Source of the DNA: Azolla caroliniana
Lineage: Eukaryota > Plantae > Polypodiophyta
NCBI GenBank assembly: GCA_043228905.1
Contig: JBHGNT010000002.1
Span: forward strand, 11,160,001 to 11,224,000
Length of the DNA stretch: 64,000 bases
Direction of reading: 5' to 3'
The notes under the pieces were generated by a model that was not told where the DNA came from, did not search any database, and saw nothing but the letters and a program-made list of their open reading frames with translations. A program made the translations under genes and the position numbers. Position 1 is the first letter of the stretch, and each line of letters begins with the position of its first letter. Of the stretch, positions 36,718 through 49,800 are shown piece after piece.

Positions 36718-39700
36718 ATGTTTAGCCGCAGACGACCCAGAGAACCAACAAGACAAGACCGACCAATAACAAGGTCCGTCACACGCCAGGCAGAAGAACG
36801 CGCCCGGCAAAAGCCGCGCATCGGCGACCTCAGTACTACCTGCCAGGAGTGCAAAGGGGATTCCTTGCTCCCCAAATACCTCGACGAGACGAGGGGACCA
36901 CGCTCACCGTAGCCACCTGGTGACCTTTTCCGATCTGCGGTAGCTCCCACGATGGCCTTTGCCTACCCCCACTTTAACGGCGAAACCGACGCCGCAACTC
37001 ATATTCGCATGTTCTTGAACGTTTGGAATGCGAACCACATGGCGCAGAATCTCTCCGAGACGGTGGTACACCAGTCGAAAATGACGGAGTTCGGATTAAC
37101 ATTAGTTGGGCCTGCAGCGTTCTGACATTCACAGATGGACTTACCAGCCATAACAACCTTCGATCAGCTGCAATCTGCCTTCTTGCGATTCTTTCACCGG
37201 AGGGTTCCACAACGCGAGATTCTCGGGCAGTTTTATACAATTAAGCAACTACCGACCGAGACGATAGCAGACTTCAGCTTACGTTTCCAAAATTTACGAC
37301 GGAAACTGGATCGAAGCCCCGCGGAGGAGGAGGCTCGGGAGACATTTCTGGCAGCGTTACGCTGGCCCATCCGGGCAACGCTCAACAACAATAGTGTGAA
37401 AGGGGAAACACCGGATATGGTGATTGAACGAGCGTTACAGCTCGAGTTGGATGACGAGGAGGAGAGGTTTTCGATGTCATCCTTACGACAAGCGTTACCT
37501 CAGGATGAGGAACGCCAATTTCGTCAAGCAATCCAGTGCACGATTTGCTTGAACTCGGGGCATTCCGCGGTGGAGTACAATATGCAAATCCACTGCCCAA
37601 TCTGCCACTTGAAGGTTCACACAGTCGACCAATGTGAGTACAATATGTTAAACAGAGCCACTCCCACGGTTCGCAACATGGACACATAGCGTCAACCGCA
37701 CCGGGCGGAACAAAGGAGGCAAGAAGACCGACCCCGGTATAAGGATCGCAACCCGCGGGAGGACCGGTACAACCGGAATTGCCGGAATCACAACGAGTCC
37801 GAGGAGGACGACCCGGAGGACGAGGATTATCGTGGACATCCGAGTTACGCCAAAGGGGGTCGGCGATACGAACATCAACCCCCGACAAACAAACGGAGCG
37901 GCTTCAATGGCTATCGGGGTAAGCCTCGACAATATAGGGATCACCGGCGTTACAACGAAAGCTTGGGGGATGAGCGGCACCAGGAACAACGACGAGACCA
38001 ATAGCAGCCACCGCGTACGTTCCGACAAACGAGGCCGGACCGCGAAGAGCAAGTAGCGCCCGGAGAGCGGCACACTCCACCTGGGGCTGAGAAGGGAGAA
38101 TCAAGCATCCATTGTTTTATTTGTCAACAACCCGGACACTATGCCACGCAATGCCCAGCACGCAAGGGAAAGGGGCTCACCGTCAACATGATTACGACAG
38201 AGGTGAAACAAGTCACAACACGCCAGCAAACGAAAACGGCGGATTGGGCTGCGCAGGATGAGGTACGACGACAAGCCCAAGCCTGGGTGGAAAAAGCAAA
38301 CGCGACCAATACGGAACGTATGAGGCAAGAGTCCGCGAACACAATGGAGCGAACAGAGAACGAAAAACCGGGGCTGGACCCCATTTGGCAGGTGTTAGCA
38401 GGCTGTGAAATCACGTTAACTATGGAAAAACTGCTACAGCTAGTTCCACATGTCCGCCAGACCATGGAAGCACAGGTGGTGGGCATGACCGGGGCGAGCG
38501 TTGCCACAAACTTGACAGACGTCAGCGAGGGACCACCAGTGGTGGATCAGCACAACCCGGCCATTACAGTAATATTGCACGGACAGGAAGTTCCTGGATG
38601 TGTAATCGACGGCGGCCCAGGTGTCAATGTGATTAGTGCGAAAACTTGCGAACAATTGGGCATTTCCAAATGGGAGGCGTGTCCATTTTGGCCTCGCATG
38701 GCAGATACCCGATCAATGTGACCGTTGGGGCTAATTCGCAAAATAGCCATCATCGTGGGCGGACACCGCTTCGACATATCGGTGGTCCTCCTCGCTTTGG
38801 ACGCCCCAGGAGCGTACCCAGTGCTTCTGGGTAGACCATGGCTTCGGATAGCAAATATCAAGCAGAGCTAGCAACACGAGTGTATCAGTTTCCGGCATGG
38901 ACGCACCAAGGGTCGTGTACCTACGGAAGGCAACACGCCACAACCTAAGGGTATAACACCGTCATATGCGGAAGACATCAATATGCTGGTTGGGGTGGAG
39001 GATGCCGAATTGGAAACGTACCTTGACGAACATCCTCGGATTATTCCGCTGTTCGAAATAGATGTCATCGCAACTGCGGCAAAATATACTACGACCATTG
39101 TTCCGAATGAAGAGCCGTACGAACCAAACCCAGAGTCCATATTGGAACTCAGCAGAGCACGGGCGGTCTTCGAAAGGGAAATGGAGATTTCACGATGAGT
39201 CACCGCTTCCGTTCTCGACGAAGTGAATGTGGGTACGGGATCGGAACCCCGGTTCCTCTCCATAGCAAAGGAATTGCGGCCGGACCAGAGAGCCACAATG
39301 ATCACACTACTCACAGAATATAAAGATGTGTTCGCGTGGGCTCACGAGGACATGAAGGGGTTAGATCCCAAGTTCTATCAGCATAAGATCAATTTAGCAA
39401 CGGTAACGAAACCTGTCCAGCAACGCCGCTACCGCATGAACCCCAATTACGCGACCCGCGTGAAAGAAGAAATTGACAAGCTGCAGAGGGTGGGGTTCAT
39501 ACGGCCAGTTAAACAAATGACATGGCTTATCCCAATAGTGGTTGTCTCAAAGAAAAACGGCAAAATACGGGTATGTGTGGATTACCGAAAATTAAACGCC
39601 GTAACCATTACAGACGCATTTCCCTTACCCTTCACCGATAGCGTGCTGGACGCCGTCGCAGGCCATGAGATGTATAGTTTCTTAGATGGTTTCAGTGGCT

Positions 39701-42071
39701 ATAACCAAGTATGCATGCACCCTGAGGACCAGGAGAAGATGGCATTTGTCACGGACTGGGGAGTATATGTGGCGGTCGTCGTGATGTTCGGGCTAAAGAC
39801 AGTGCCGGCAACATTTCAACGAATGATTACGGAGATCTTTGGGGAATACATTCTGGCGTTCATGCAAGTCTTTTTAGACGATTTTGCGGTATATGGACAA
39901 AAGACCATTTCTCGCACTTACGTCTGTGCCTGGAATGTTGCCGCACCGCACGCTTAAGCCTGAATCCCGTGAAATGTGCCTTTGGCATGACCAGCGGGAC
40001 TCTCCTAGGTCACATTGTCAGCAAAGAAGGAATAGCGTTCGACCCAAACAAGATCTCCACTATTATGCAAGCTCAAACTCCGACAAATGCCAAATCGCTT
40101 AGCCGATTTCTGGGCCAAATACGGTGGCATAGTCAGATGATACGGTATTTGGCGGACTTCGCCACGCCACTACACGTTGCCGTACATCGGACTCCTTTCC
40201 AATGGATTGCAATAGAGGATAAGGCCTATGAGGCACTTAAGATAATGCTCACACAGGCCCCCATCGTACAACCTCTAGTTTGGGCGAAGCCATTCCACGT
40301 GTTCGTCGACGCCTCAGACATAGCAGTAGGAAGCGCGTTAATGCAACCTACCGAACCAAATTGGTACAAGCCAGTATACTACGCAAGTCGTAAATTGTGA
40401 GCAGCAGAGCGTAACTATTCCACAAAAGAGCGGGAGGCACTAGGGATGATCTATAACATCAATAAATTCCGACATTATTTACTAGGACGGAAATTCACGT
40501 TCCACGTGGATCATTCTGCATTATTGTATTTGGTGGAGAAACAAGCCCTAATAGGGAAATTGGCGCGGTGGATGCTGCTGCTCCAGGAATTCGAGTTCGT
40601 AATTCAACACCGGCGAGGGACGCAACACGCAGTGGCAGATTTTGTGAGCAGACTTGAGAATGGAGAAACAATACAAAAAGATGACGACGATTTTCCAGAC
40701 GCCGACATCTGGCGAGTAGCAACATTTGCAGAAAAAACGGAATCCACCTTTCCGGATCGATGGCTTATGGAAATGACGTACTTTTTAACTACAGGACTAC
40801 CTCCACCACAATTACGCACAGACGAGAAGAAACGACTAGCCGTCCAAAGCCGTCACTTCTGCCTGGTCGAAGGGAATTTATATCACAAAGGAAGTGACGG
40901 AATTTGGCGACGTGGAGTTTGTCAGGATGAAAAAGAAGCAGTTTTACAGGAGGCACACTGCAGCACGGCTGGCGGCCATTATGCGGGCAACGTGACAGCC
41001 CGCAAAGTATGGCAGGCAGGCTTATGGTGGCCAACAACGCAGAAGGACGCATCCGAGTATTGTAGAAAGTGTGATTTGTGCCAGTGGATGGGTCAGCCTC
41101 CGGAGGATGCAAGGATGCCACACCAGCCAGTATTACCGCTGAACCCCTTCCAAAAGTGGGGATTGAATTTTGTGGGGCCCTTCACACCAGCAGCGGCCCG
41201 TACGGGCAACAAATACATATTGGTAGCCACAGATTACTGTACCAAATGGGTAGAAGCAAAGGCACTACGGGAAAATACGGCGGTCGTCACAGCCAAATTT
41301 CTGTACGAGCACATCTGGTGCCGGTTCGGCTGCCCAATTGAGCTCATCAGTGACCAGGGGAGCCACTTCCTCAATACAATGGTTCGGGAACTAACACAAC
41401 ATTACGCAGTAGTCCACAAGAAGAGCACGCCATACTACCCGCAGGCGAATGGATTAGCGGAATCCACGAACAAAACTTTACAGACCATTTTGAAGAAAAC
41501 CGTCAATGAAAATAGAACGGACTGGGATACCAAACTCCAGAGTGCGTTATGGGCGTACAGAACTAGTTACAAAACAAGCATACAGTCAACACCGTTCCGG
41601 CTAGCGTTTGGACTAGAGGCTGTGATGCCAATCGAATTTCGGGTACCTAGTTTGCGCATTCACGTACGGAACCGATTATTAGAAGCCAAGTCGGAGGAGG
41701 AACGACTCTACCAACTCCTCGAACTAGGGGAAAAACGCGTCCACAACATGGCTGTGTTAGAAGAGGAACAGCGACGGCGTAAAGTGTTTGTCGATCGACA
41801 TCAGAGCGCAAGGGAAAAGGAGTTCGCCGTGGGCCGAGCGTTGCAAGTTTTTCAAACGCGCATGGGCCAGATGCCGGGGAAGCTACGTTTCCATTGGACC
41901 GGCCCATACTAGATAATTGGAGCGGAACAGGGCACGTTCCAACTAGGAACGCTGGCTGGAGAAATAGTACGGCAAAAAGTGAATGGGTTTCGGATCAAAC
42001 CTTACCTGGGCCCTGAACCACCTAACCCATTCACCGCCGAATGGGACAAAGCTGGAGAACCCGCAGCGTAA
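36718..42071 (+). pseudogene. Element B gag-PR-RT-RH-IN, disrupted
   Basis: Gag with three CCHC-type knuckles (CTICLNSGH, CPICHLKVH, CFICQQPGH). PR VIDGGPGVNVI. RT RVCVDYRKLN, FLDGFSGYNQ, FLDDF. RH VDASD..YYASRKL. IN QKWGLNFVGP, SDQGSHF, WTGPY. No additional archaeal-type RH seen. Confidence 0.95.
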
Positions 42072-42223
42072 AATGGACAGTCCCATTTGTACTATAATGT
42101 AAAAATAGGTTGTAAATAACCGTTACGAAAGAAAAAAGAAGAAGAAGAAGAAGAGAAGATAGCGACTATTAAAACAACTAAAGGCATGCACAAACTCCTA
42201 GTTCAAGAACACGCGGCACCACG

Positions 42224-45180
42224 ATGGCTCACCGCCCAATGAACCCTAAGCCACAAAATGAAGGAAATAGAAGATTTTCTGCACAAAGCAGAAACCCATC
42301 TTCTAGCTATCAGCGCTCCCATCGCTCCTCCTCCTCACCTTCTTCCCCATCCTATCTTAGAGCTCCAACTCACCACTACTACCCGTCTCCTCTCCACGAA
42401 CCTACTCTGGCGATGCCGATCTTCATCTCTACTGCCCTACGCCGATGGCTCGTAGAGAAGCGCCTGGATGGTTACATTCGGGTCGCAAAAGCACCTCCAC
42501 ACCCGGACGCAATGGACATCACCAGGCGGCTTAACATCAACAAGGTCACCAACTCTTCCATTCGGAAGAAGTTAGAATTATCCTCACTAGGCGAAAGACA
42601 TTTCGAAATACCTCCTGCAGAGGCGCTACAACGATATTTTGGCCCATATTCATCCTCCGCCAAGGCCTATAGAACAAAACAGATTCCGGATCCCTTCTTC
42701 CGTGAAGTTGCCAAGTTCCTACTGGAAATCGGTTGCATCCATGTCAACGCATATGGGATGCCTAAGCAGAAGGCGGGCATCATTATTGACACCTTTGAAG
42801 GGCGTACAGTCGACTGGGGGGTCATCACAGGGCCGACATTAAGGGAAGGCTTGCATGCGTACCAAGCAGGCAAAAAGCTCAGGTCAATCATCCAACAATA
42901 CCTTACGGTATTGTTTCCACCCCGAGGCCTGCCAACACCGCAGCCCAGCCAACCCATGGCCCCGCCCCGCTCCGCGAAACGTAGGTTAGCAGAGTTAGCA
43001 GCCCCAGAGTGGGAGGAGGAACCCCAACCGGCCCAACCAGGCCCAAGGACAACACCTCCTACCGACCAGCCAGACACACGGGCGACGCAGGAGGAACAGT
43101 TGAGATGCCCCATGGAAGCAGCCCCAAAACCAGACACCGAAGCACGGCGGGAAAGCCCTAGACCAAAATGGCGCAAATTGGACAGGAAAGATGGGCGGGG
43201 GTTGGTAAAAAACACCCCCACGGCTCCGGAGCACCGACCAAAGGCGAAGACTCCGCAACAACAAAGCCGAATACCACCTTCGAAATCATCCGGGAGCCGC
43301 GTCCGATTATTACGACTCAGTCCCAACGAGGGAAAGCCGTATTGACGGCGGAAAGCGAGGTTTTGGCATATCCGGATATTCTGGATACGGCCCCCGAATT
43401 CAGCGCCCTCTTGCAGTTCGGTACCTCTTTCGAGCTCATGGAGTTCCTAGCAACACAACAGGTCAAAGCTGCCCAACGAATGGCCGAGGAGTATGCGGAA
43501 CGTCAGATGATAGAGCGCGCCTTAACACAAACAACGGAGAGCGGCGATGAGGACCGGCTAGCCAGGGTCGGCAGACAGAGGAACGTCGGGGTATGGCGAG
43601 TAGGGATGGAGATATCACCCTTAAACACAGCCCTAGTCGAAGTCCATCGGGAACTTGCAAAGGTCAGCACAGGTGCCAAGGAGATGGCCATAAAAAATAA
43701 GAATGTCTAGAAGAAGGTTAAACTGATCGAAGCCGAACTACAAAAGGCCAACGCACGCATCGCGGAGTTGGAAGCTCACGCGACTACGGCGCAACACGAA
43801 ACCCCGCCACCGAACCACGTTATCAATGCTCTCAAAGAAGAAATCGAGGCTCAGACCGCCATCGCCTCAAAAGCAAAAAGGGTCGTGCAGCTAGCGGAAT
43901 CCGAAATGACCATCTTCGAGCAGAACTACGCCAATCCTCCGACAGAAAAAAGGAGATACGGGCTAACGGACGAAAGGCCGTAAAAACTCTTGAAGAGAAA
44001 CTAGCTACGGAGGTAGCCCAGCACATCCAGACAAAAGACGACAACGCCCAATTACGAGAGGACACGAAGAAATCAGAGGCGGCAATAGCGAGACTTCGGG
44101 CCTTATTAGAAAAAAAGAAGGTATGGTTCGATGAGCAGTTGGTGGTCGAACAAGACAGAAGGCATCAACTCGAAATCCGCCTAAACAATGAAATGGGGAA
44201 ATTAGAAGAACAACATGCAAAGGAATCCCAGCTGTGGGCGGGCCTGAAGGCCACGTATGAGGAAGCGGGAGCCGTTAAACAACAGGAAATCGTGAATCTC
44301 TAGAAGTCGATGGAAGACGCACGCAACCGCTGCCAGGCCATCACGGATAACGTGCGCATCCTTCTCCAAACCAACCGGGAAAGGTTCACAATGCAAATTG
44401 AAAACAACGCTAGACAAAGGATGGATGGCGTGGGCAACCCAAGCAGCGGTATTGCACGCATATCGTGCGGACTGGGAGAACCAGTGGAAAGACGGCCGAG
44501 GGTTTTATAAGCTAAACGAGGAGAGCATTGTGATCGTACGGGAGGACCTAGCGCAAGACTATCGCGCGTTAGCAGACCAACACTCCGAAGAACTTGCGCA
44601 ACTTCTAGATGATTTTGGTGAAAGTCAGGAGGAGCTATTTCACCAGATCACACAAACCGGCAACACGCACACAAACGAGGAACCCAGCGGGACACCAATT
44701 CCGGTCACAGCCGAAGAAGAGGAACCTCAGGCCCAATCAACAAGGATGACAACGGGGGAGAATAGCGGGGACGAACGAGCGGAGTTGCCCACGGGACCAG
44801 ACAGCGAAACCATTAACCAACAAGAGGTCCAACCGCACCAGCCCACACCATCTTCAGAAAACGCGGAAAATAGTGCGGACCAGGCGGAATCCCTGCCCCA
44901 CGCCCAGGGACACATAAAAACGGCCAACACCGCGGAGGACGTAACAATAGAGGTTGAGTTGCAGCCGACTGCAAGCACGCCAACGGCGGAGCCCAGCCCA
45001 CTAACTCAAGAAGAGCCCACCGTACCCGGACCACCCGCACACGGCGAAGGCAACTCCGAGAGAAACCAGGCCGACCAAGTAGAGGAGCTGCACCACGATG
45101 CACCTACGGGCCCTACATCAACTCCGAACGAGGACACCACAACACAGCCGAACATCCGGGCCATTTTTGAAGAAGATTAA
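42224..45180 (+). pseudogene. Extra sense ORF downstream of pol (~980 aa reconstructed), function unknown
   Basis: ORF pieces 42224-43345, 43168-43710, 43768- and 44398-45180 are colinear with 18622-21501 and 45866-58447. All end NIRAI(F/L)E(E/D)D*. Confidence 0.85.
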
Positions 45181-46850
45181 CGGGATGGGTCCGACATGCA
45201 AAGGCACTGTCCCATAGGCGTGCCAGGTGTTGTTTGTCGGAATAGTAACCGACGGCCAAAAGCGTAGGAATAAGAAACTATATAAGCGTAACGTATGTAA
45301 CAGTTAACGCGGGAAGCGTGAACGGCTAATTAGACCCTGCATATATAAAGGGCAGAAAACCTCTTATGGAGGTGCGTGTAAATTTTGGGAAATGTAAAAG
45401 AACGCCTGATAATAGAATGCTATCTTCTCTGAGTTTTTGTGTATAGTTGCGGCTAATTCAGTGTCTGTGTCTCGGCTACGTAAGCATAGTAGTACGTAAG
45501 TGTAACCTGTGATAGGGATTCGGTTGTAGCCGTCTTCCCTTATACGCGAAGGAATTACAGAGGTTCTCTCCTTATGCAGTACGCTTGAGCTCTGTTCATT
45601 GCTCCACACCCACCTTGGGGTCTAGGTCAAAGGACTGACCACGGACCGTGTTCCTAAGAGGCAACAAACCCGTTCCCCGTCGGACAAGAAAAAGCCAAAG
45701 AATCTGCGGAGTAAGTAGACGACCAACTTGTATTATAGTGTAAAAATAGTATTGTATGTAACTATTACGAAAAAAAGAAAAAAGAAAAAAAAAGAGAAGA
45801 TACTGACGCTATTAAAAGGACTTAAGGCATGCACAGACTTCTAGGCCAAGAACACGCGGCACCACGATGGCTCACCGACCAATGAACCCAAGGCCACAAA
45901 AAGAAGGAAATAGAAGGTTTTCTGCACAATACAGAAATCAACCTTGTAACTCACATCGCTCTCATCGCTCCCCGTCCTCACCCTCTTCTCCATCCAATCA
46001 CAAAGCTCACGCTCGCCGCAACCACTAGTCTTCACCCATTAGCCACGAGCCTATTCTGACTATGCCGATACCCATCTCTACCGCCTTGCGTCGATGGCTC
46101 ATGGAGAAACGCTTGGATGGATACATTATAGTCGCGGAGGATTGATACATGTAAACGCATATGGGATGCCCAAGCAGAAGGCAGGTATCATCATTGATAC
46201 TTTTGAAGGGTGTACGGTCGATTGGGGGGTCATTACGGGGCCGGTGTTACGGGAAGGCCGGCATGCATATCAAGGAGGAAAAAACTCTGGCCTATCATAC
46301 AATAGTATCTAACGATACTATTCCCACCCCGAGGTTTGCCGACACCGCAGCCCACCCAACCCACACCATCGCCTCGATCCGCGAAGCGAAGGTTAGCGGA
46401 GTTAGCCACCTCAGAGTGGGAGGATGAACCCCAACCCGCCCAATGTCAGGAATAGTACTGAACAGAGAGAGAATTAGTACTAGAGAAGGGAAGTACTACT
46501 AGTACTAAGAGGAAGAGAGAAGAGGAGAGAGAGAGAGATAGCGAGGACGAGAGAGAGAGAGATGATGATAACAGATTATATATTATAAGAAGAGTAAGTA
46601 CAAAACGGCTATGAGGCTAAAGATTGGTGTTGAACCAATTTGGGTCAACATAATGCCTAGTGCCCTTTTTTATAGTGTTCTCAAGAATAATCCTGAAGCT
46701 TCTAGAATGTTCTAGAGAAATCTAGAATATACATTAATTTCCTATAATAAAATGTAAATGAAAATAATATCTTACGTATTACAATAGATGATATAATGGT
46801 CAAGAGCTCGACCCATATAACCTAAGGTCATGGGTTCGAGTCTTGCCATA

Positions 46851-49800
46851 TCATGACACTATCCTCCTTTTAAAACGAGTGTCACAAGTCGGTTTGGATG
46901 GAGGAGCCGGTTTGTGTGGATATTGACGATGGAAGTTTTCAAGAAGCGCATGAGCATTGGTCACATTCTTAATCGGTTCGCAAGTACGTTCGCTGGGACT
47001 ATAGCCTAGCCAATCGACTAGATAGTAGAGCTTGTTGCGAACAATCTTGGAATCAAGGATGGCGGCAACCTCGTAGTCTGGTCCATCTTCAAGCTCAATC
47101 GGGGGTGGAGGTTGTATAATATGTCCTGGGATGGTGCTCTCGTGATAGGGTTCGAGGAGAGAACTATGAAACACCGGATGTATCCAAAGTTGAGGGGGTA
47201 AATCGAGACGAAAAGCGACATCATTAATCTTTCCTATAACACGGAAAGGACCTAATCGCCGATAGTCCAACTTCTCACATGGGCGCGTAACGTAGTCTTG
47301 ATGTGTCGTCGTAGCAGCCACACCCGATCTCCAATGTGAAAACTAGATGGAAGTCGATGATGATCTGCGTAGACCTTGTGTGTTTGTTGAGCTTGTTGGA
47401 GATGAGTAGATACATCCACTTGTATCTTGCGTAACTGCTCCAAATGATCCTCCGCGTAAGGATTTGTGGACACCTCTGGGGTTTCAAGTACACTCCACCG
47501 AGGGTGACATCCTGTATAAGCATAAAATGGCGTAACTTTAGTCGATGCGTCGATAGAGTTATTATAGGCAAATTCAGCGAAGTGGAGAATATCTACCCAG
47601 TGATCTTGATGATTGCTGAGAAAACACCGCAAATACTGCTCCAGCGTTTGATTTGTTCGTTCGGCTTGGCCGTCGGTTTGTGGGTGGTTGCCGGAGGAGA
47701 GGTTACAAGTGACCTTGAGCATTTTAAAAAGGTGCTTCCAGAATTTTGACACGGACTGGGGTCCACGGTCACTGATGATACTATCGGGAAGTCCATGATG
47801 TCGACATACTTCACGCATGACAATTTCGGCAGTGTCTTCACTGGAGATTTCCTTAGTACATGGCAAGAAATGAGCCATCTTCGTATATCGATCTACCACT
47901 GTTAGAATCGCATTGAACGCCTTCAAGACTAGAAGGTCTGTGATGAGGTCTAGAGCAATGGATTGCCACGGCTTGCTTGGAATTGGTAATGGTTCTAATA
48001 AACCATATGGATGATGCCTTGGCATTTTCGCTCTACAACATGTATCACAAGTCCGAACAAAATCTTCGACAAATTGTCGCATATGGGGCCACCAGAATGA
48101 TCGTTGTACTAAATCTAATGTTTTAGTACTACCAAAATGCCCAACTGTATATGTGTCATGACAGTTTTGTACTACTCGAAGGCGGCAAGAACCATTAGGA
48201 ACATACAAAAGTTCTTTAAAGAAGAGTAATCCATCATGGTATTTGAATTGTTGATAGTCCGTACTTGGTGGTTGTGACTGTGAACACGACGCTCGAGAGG
48301 GATCAATTTGTGCTAGTATAGCTTGGGCAAAAGCGTCTGTCTTCAGGTCCGCATGTATGATATTGATAACGTGGGAATCCATGGGCATGCCAAAAACCTA
48401 TGTTGCTTGCAGTCATGCTGGTCCCAAGATTACTTGCTTTTGGTTATCGAAAGTTGGCTCGCCGGGACGCGGTGTCAGATACGAACGCCGTGATAATGCA
48501 TATGCCTTCCCTTGGTGCTTCCCCAGACGATATGTAATTTTGAAGTCGCAACGCATCAGGAAGTGGGCCCACCGAGCTTGACGTCGATTTAACACACGAG
48601 CATCCGGAAAGTAGGCAAGGTTTTTATGGTCACTGAATATGGTGACTTGATGAGAGGATCCCTCTAAAAGATGCCTCCATTGCATAAACGAGTCCACTAT
48701 TGCCAACAACTCCTTATCATGAATTTTGTAGTTGATTTCGGCGCCGTCAAACTTGTGTGAGTGAAAAGCCATAGGATGTAGCTTCTCATCATTACCCCGT
48801 TGTGACAGAATGCTCCCCAATGCGAAATTTGATGTGTCACCTTCGATAATGAATGGTTTTTCCGAATCGACATGAGCTAGAATTGGAGCCGACGTAAATG
48901 CCTTTTTAAGACTCTCAAAAACCATATCTTCTTCTTCAGAACAAACGAACGATTGTCCCTTCCTAGTAAGCTGTGTGAGAGGCAGAACGAGCTTTGAGTA
49001 ATCTTGTATAAACTTCCGGTAAAAATTGGCAAAGCCTAAAAAGCATTGCACATCCCACACCGAGCGCGGAGTTTTCCATTCTACCACCATCTTGACCTTA
49101 GTTGGGTCCATGGAGATGCTTTCTGATGAAATGACATAGCCGAGAAATTCCACCTGGTTTTGCACCCGAAACTACATTTTTCTAGCTTTGCGTAAAGACC
49201 ATGTTCTCAAAGTTGTTTTAGTACTAACAGTACATAAAAATCATGCTCTTCTTCGGTCTTTGAATAAACCAGTAGATCATCCAAGTAGATGATCAGACAC
49301 ACATCCAAGAGATCTCGGAATATATCATTTGCCATGTGTTGGAAGACTGTTGGCGCATTAGTGAGGCCGAACGACATGACCGTATAATCGAAGTGCCCAT
49401 ATCTAGTGCGGAACGCGGTCTTCCATTCATCTCCTGGTCAGATACATACGAGGTTATAGGCCCCTGTAAGTCGATCTTTGTGAAGAACCTAGCACCATTG
49501 ATCCGTTCTAAAAGACTTGAGATAAGGGGAATTGCATACCTATTGCAGATTGTAACTTTATTCAAGCCACGGTAATCTACCACCAGACGAAGTGAGCCAT
49601 CCTTTTTCTTGATGAAGAAAATGGGTGCGCTGGCTAAAGATTTCAAATGTCAAATGAATCCATTCTCCAAATTATCCTCTATATAGGCTCGAAGGACTTC
49701 TAGCTCGGTTGGTGACAAATTGTAGATCGGTCCCCATGGTGGCTCTTTCCCCGGTTGTCAATCGATGGGGCAATCATATGGTTGATGGTGAGGAAGCGTA

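Larger units (their letters stand above)
36225..45666 (+). mobile_element. Full-length Athila/Tat-like Gypsy element B nested in the integrase end of A, TSD AACCC
   Basis: 439-bp LTRs 36225-36663 and 45228-45666. AACCC at 36220-24 and 45667-71. PBS TGGCACGCTTGGTG at 36668. Confidence 0.97.

Noticed and set aside
42667-43326. 219-aa antisense ORF and similar antisense ORFs over retroelement genes
   Set aside because: Shadow ORFs of GC-rich coding sequence, not conserved in length between copies.
42224-45180. Envelope gene call for the extra ORF
   Set aside because: No signal peptide or transmembrane helix is evident; NLS-like and coiled-coil features instead.
46782-46855. Functional tRNA gene
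   Set aside because: Acceptor and anticodon stems do not pair convincingly; kept only as a tRNA-like promoter module.
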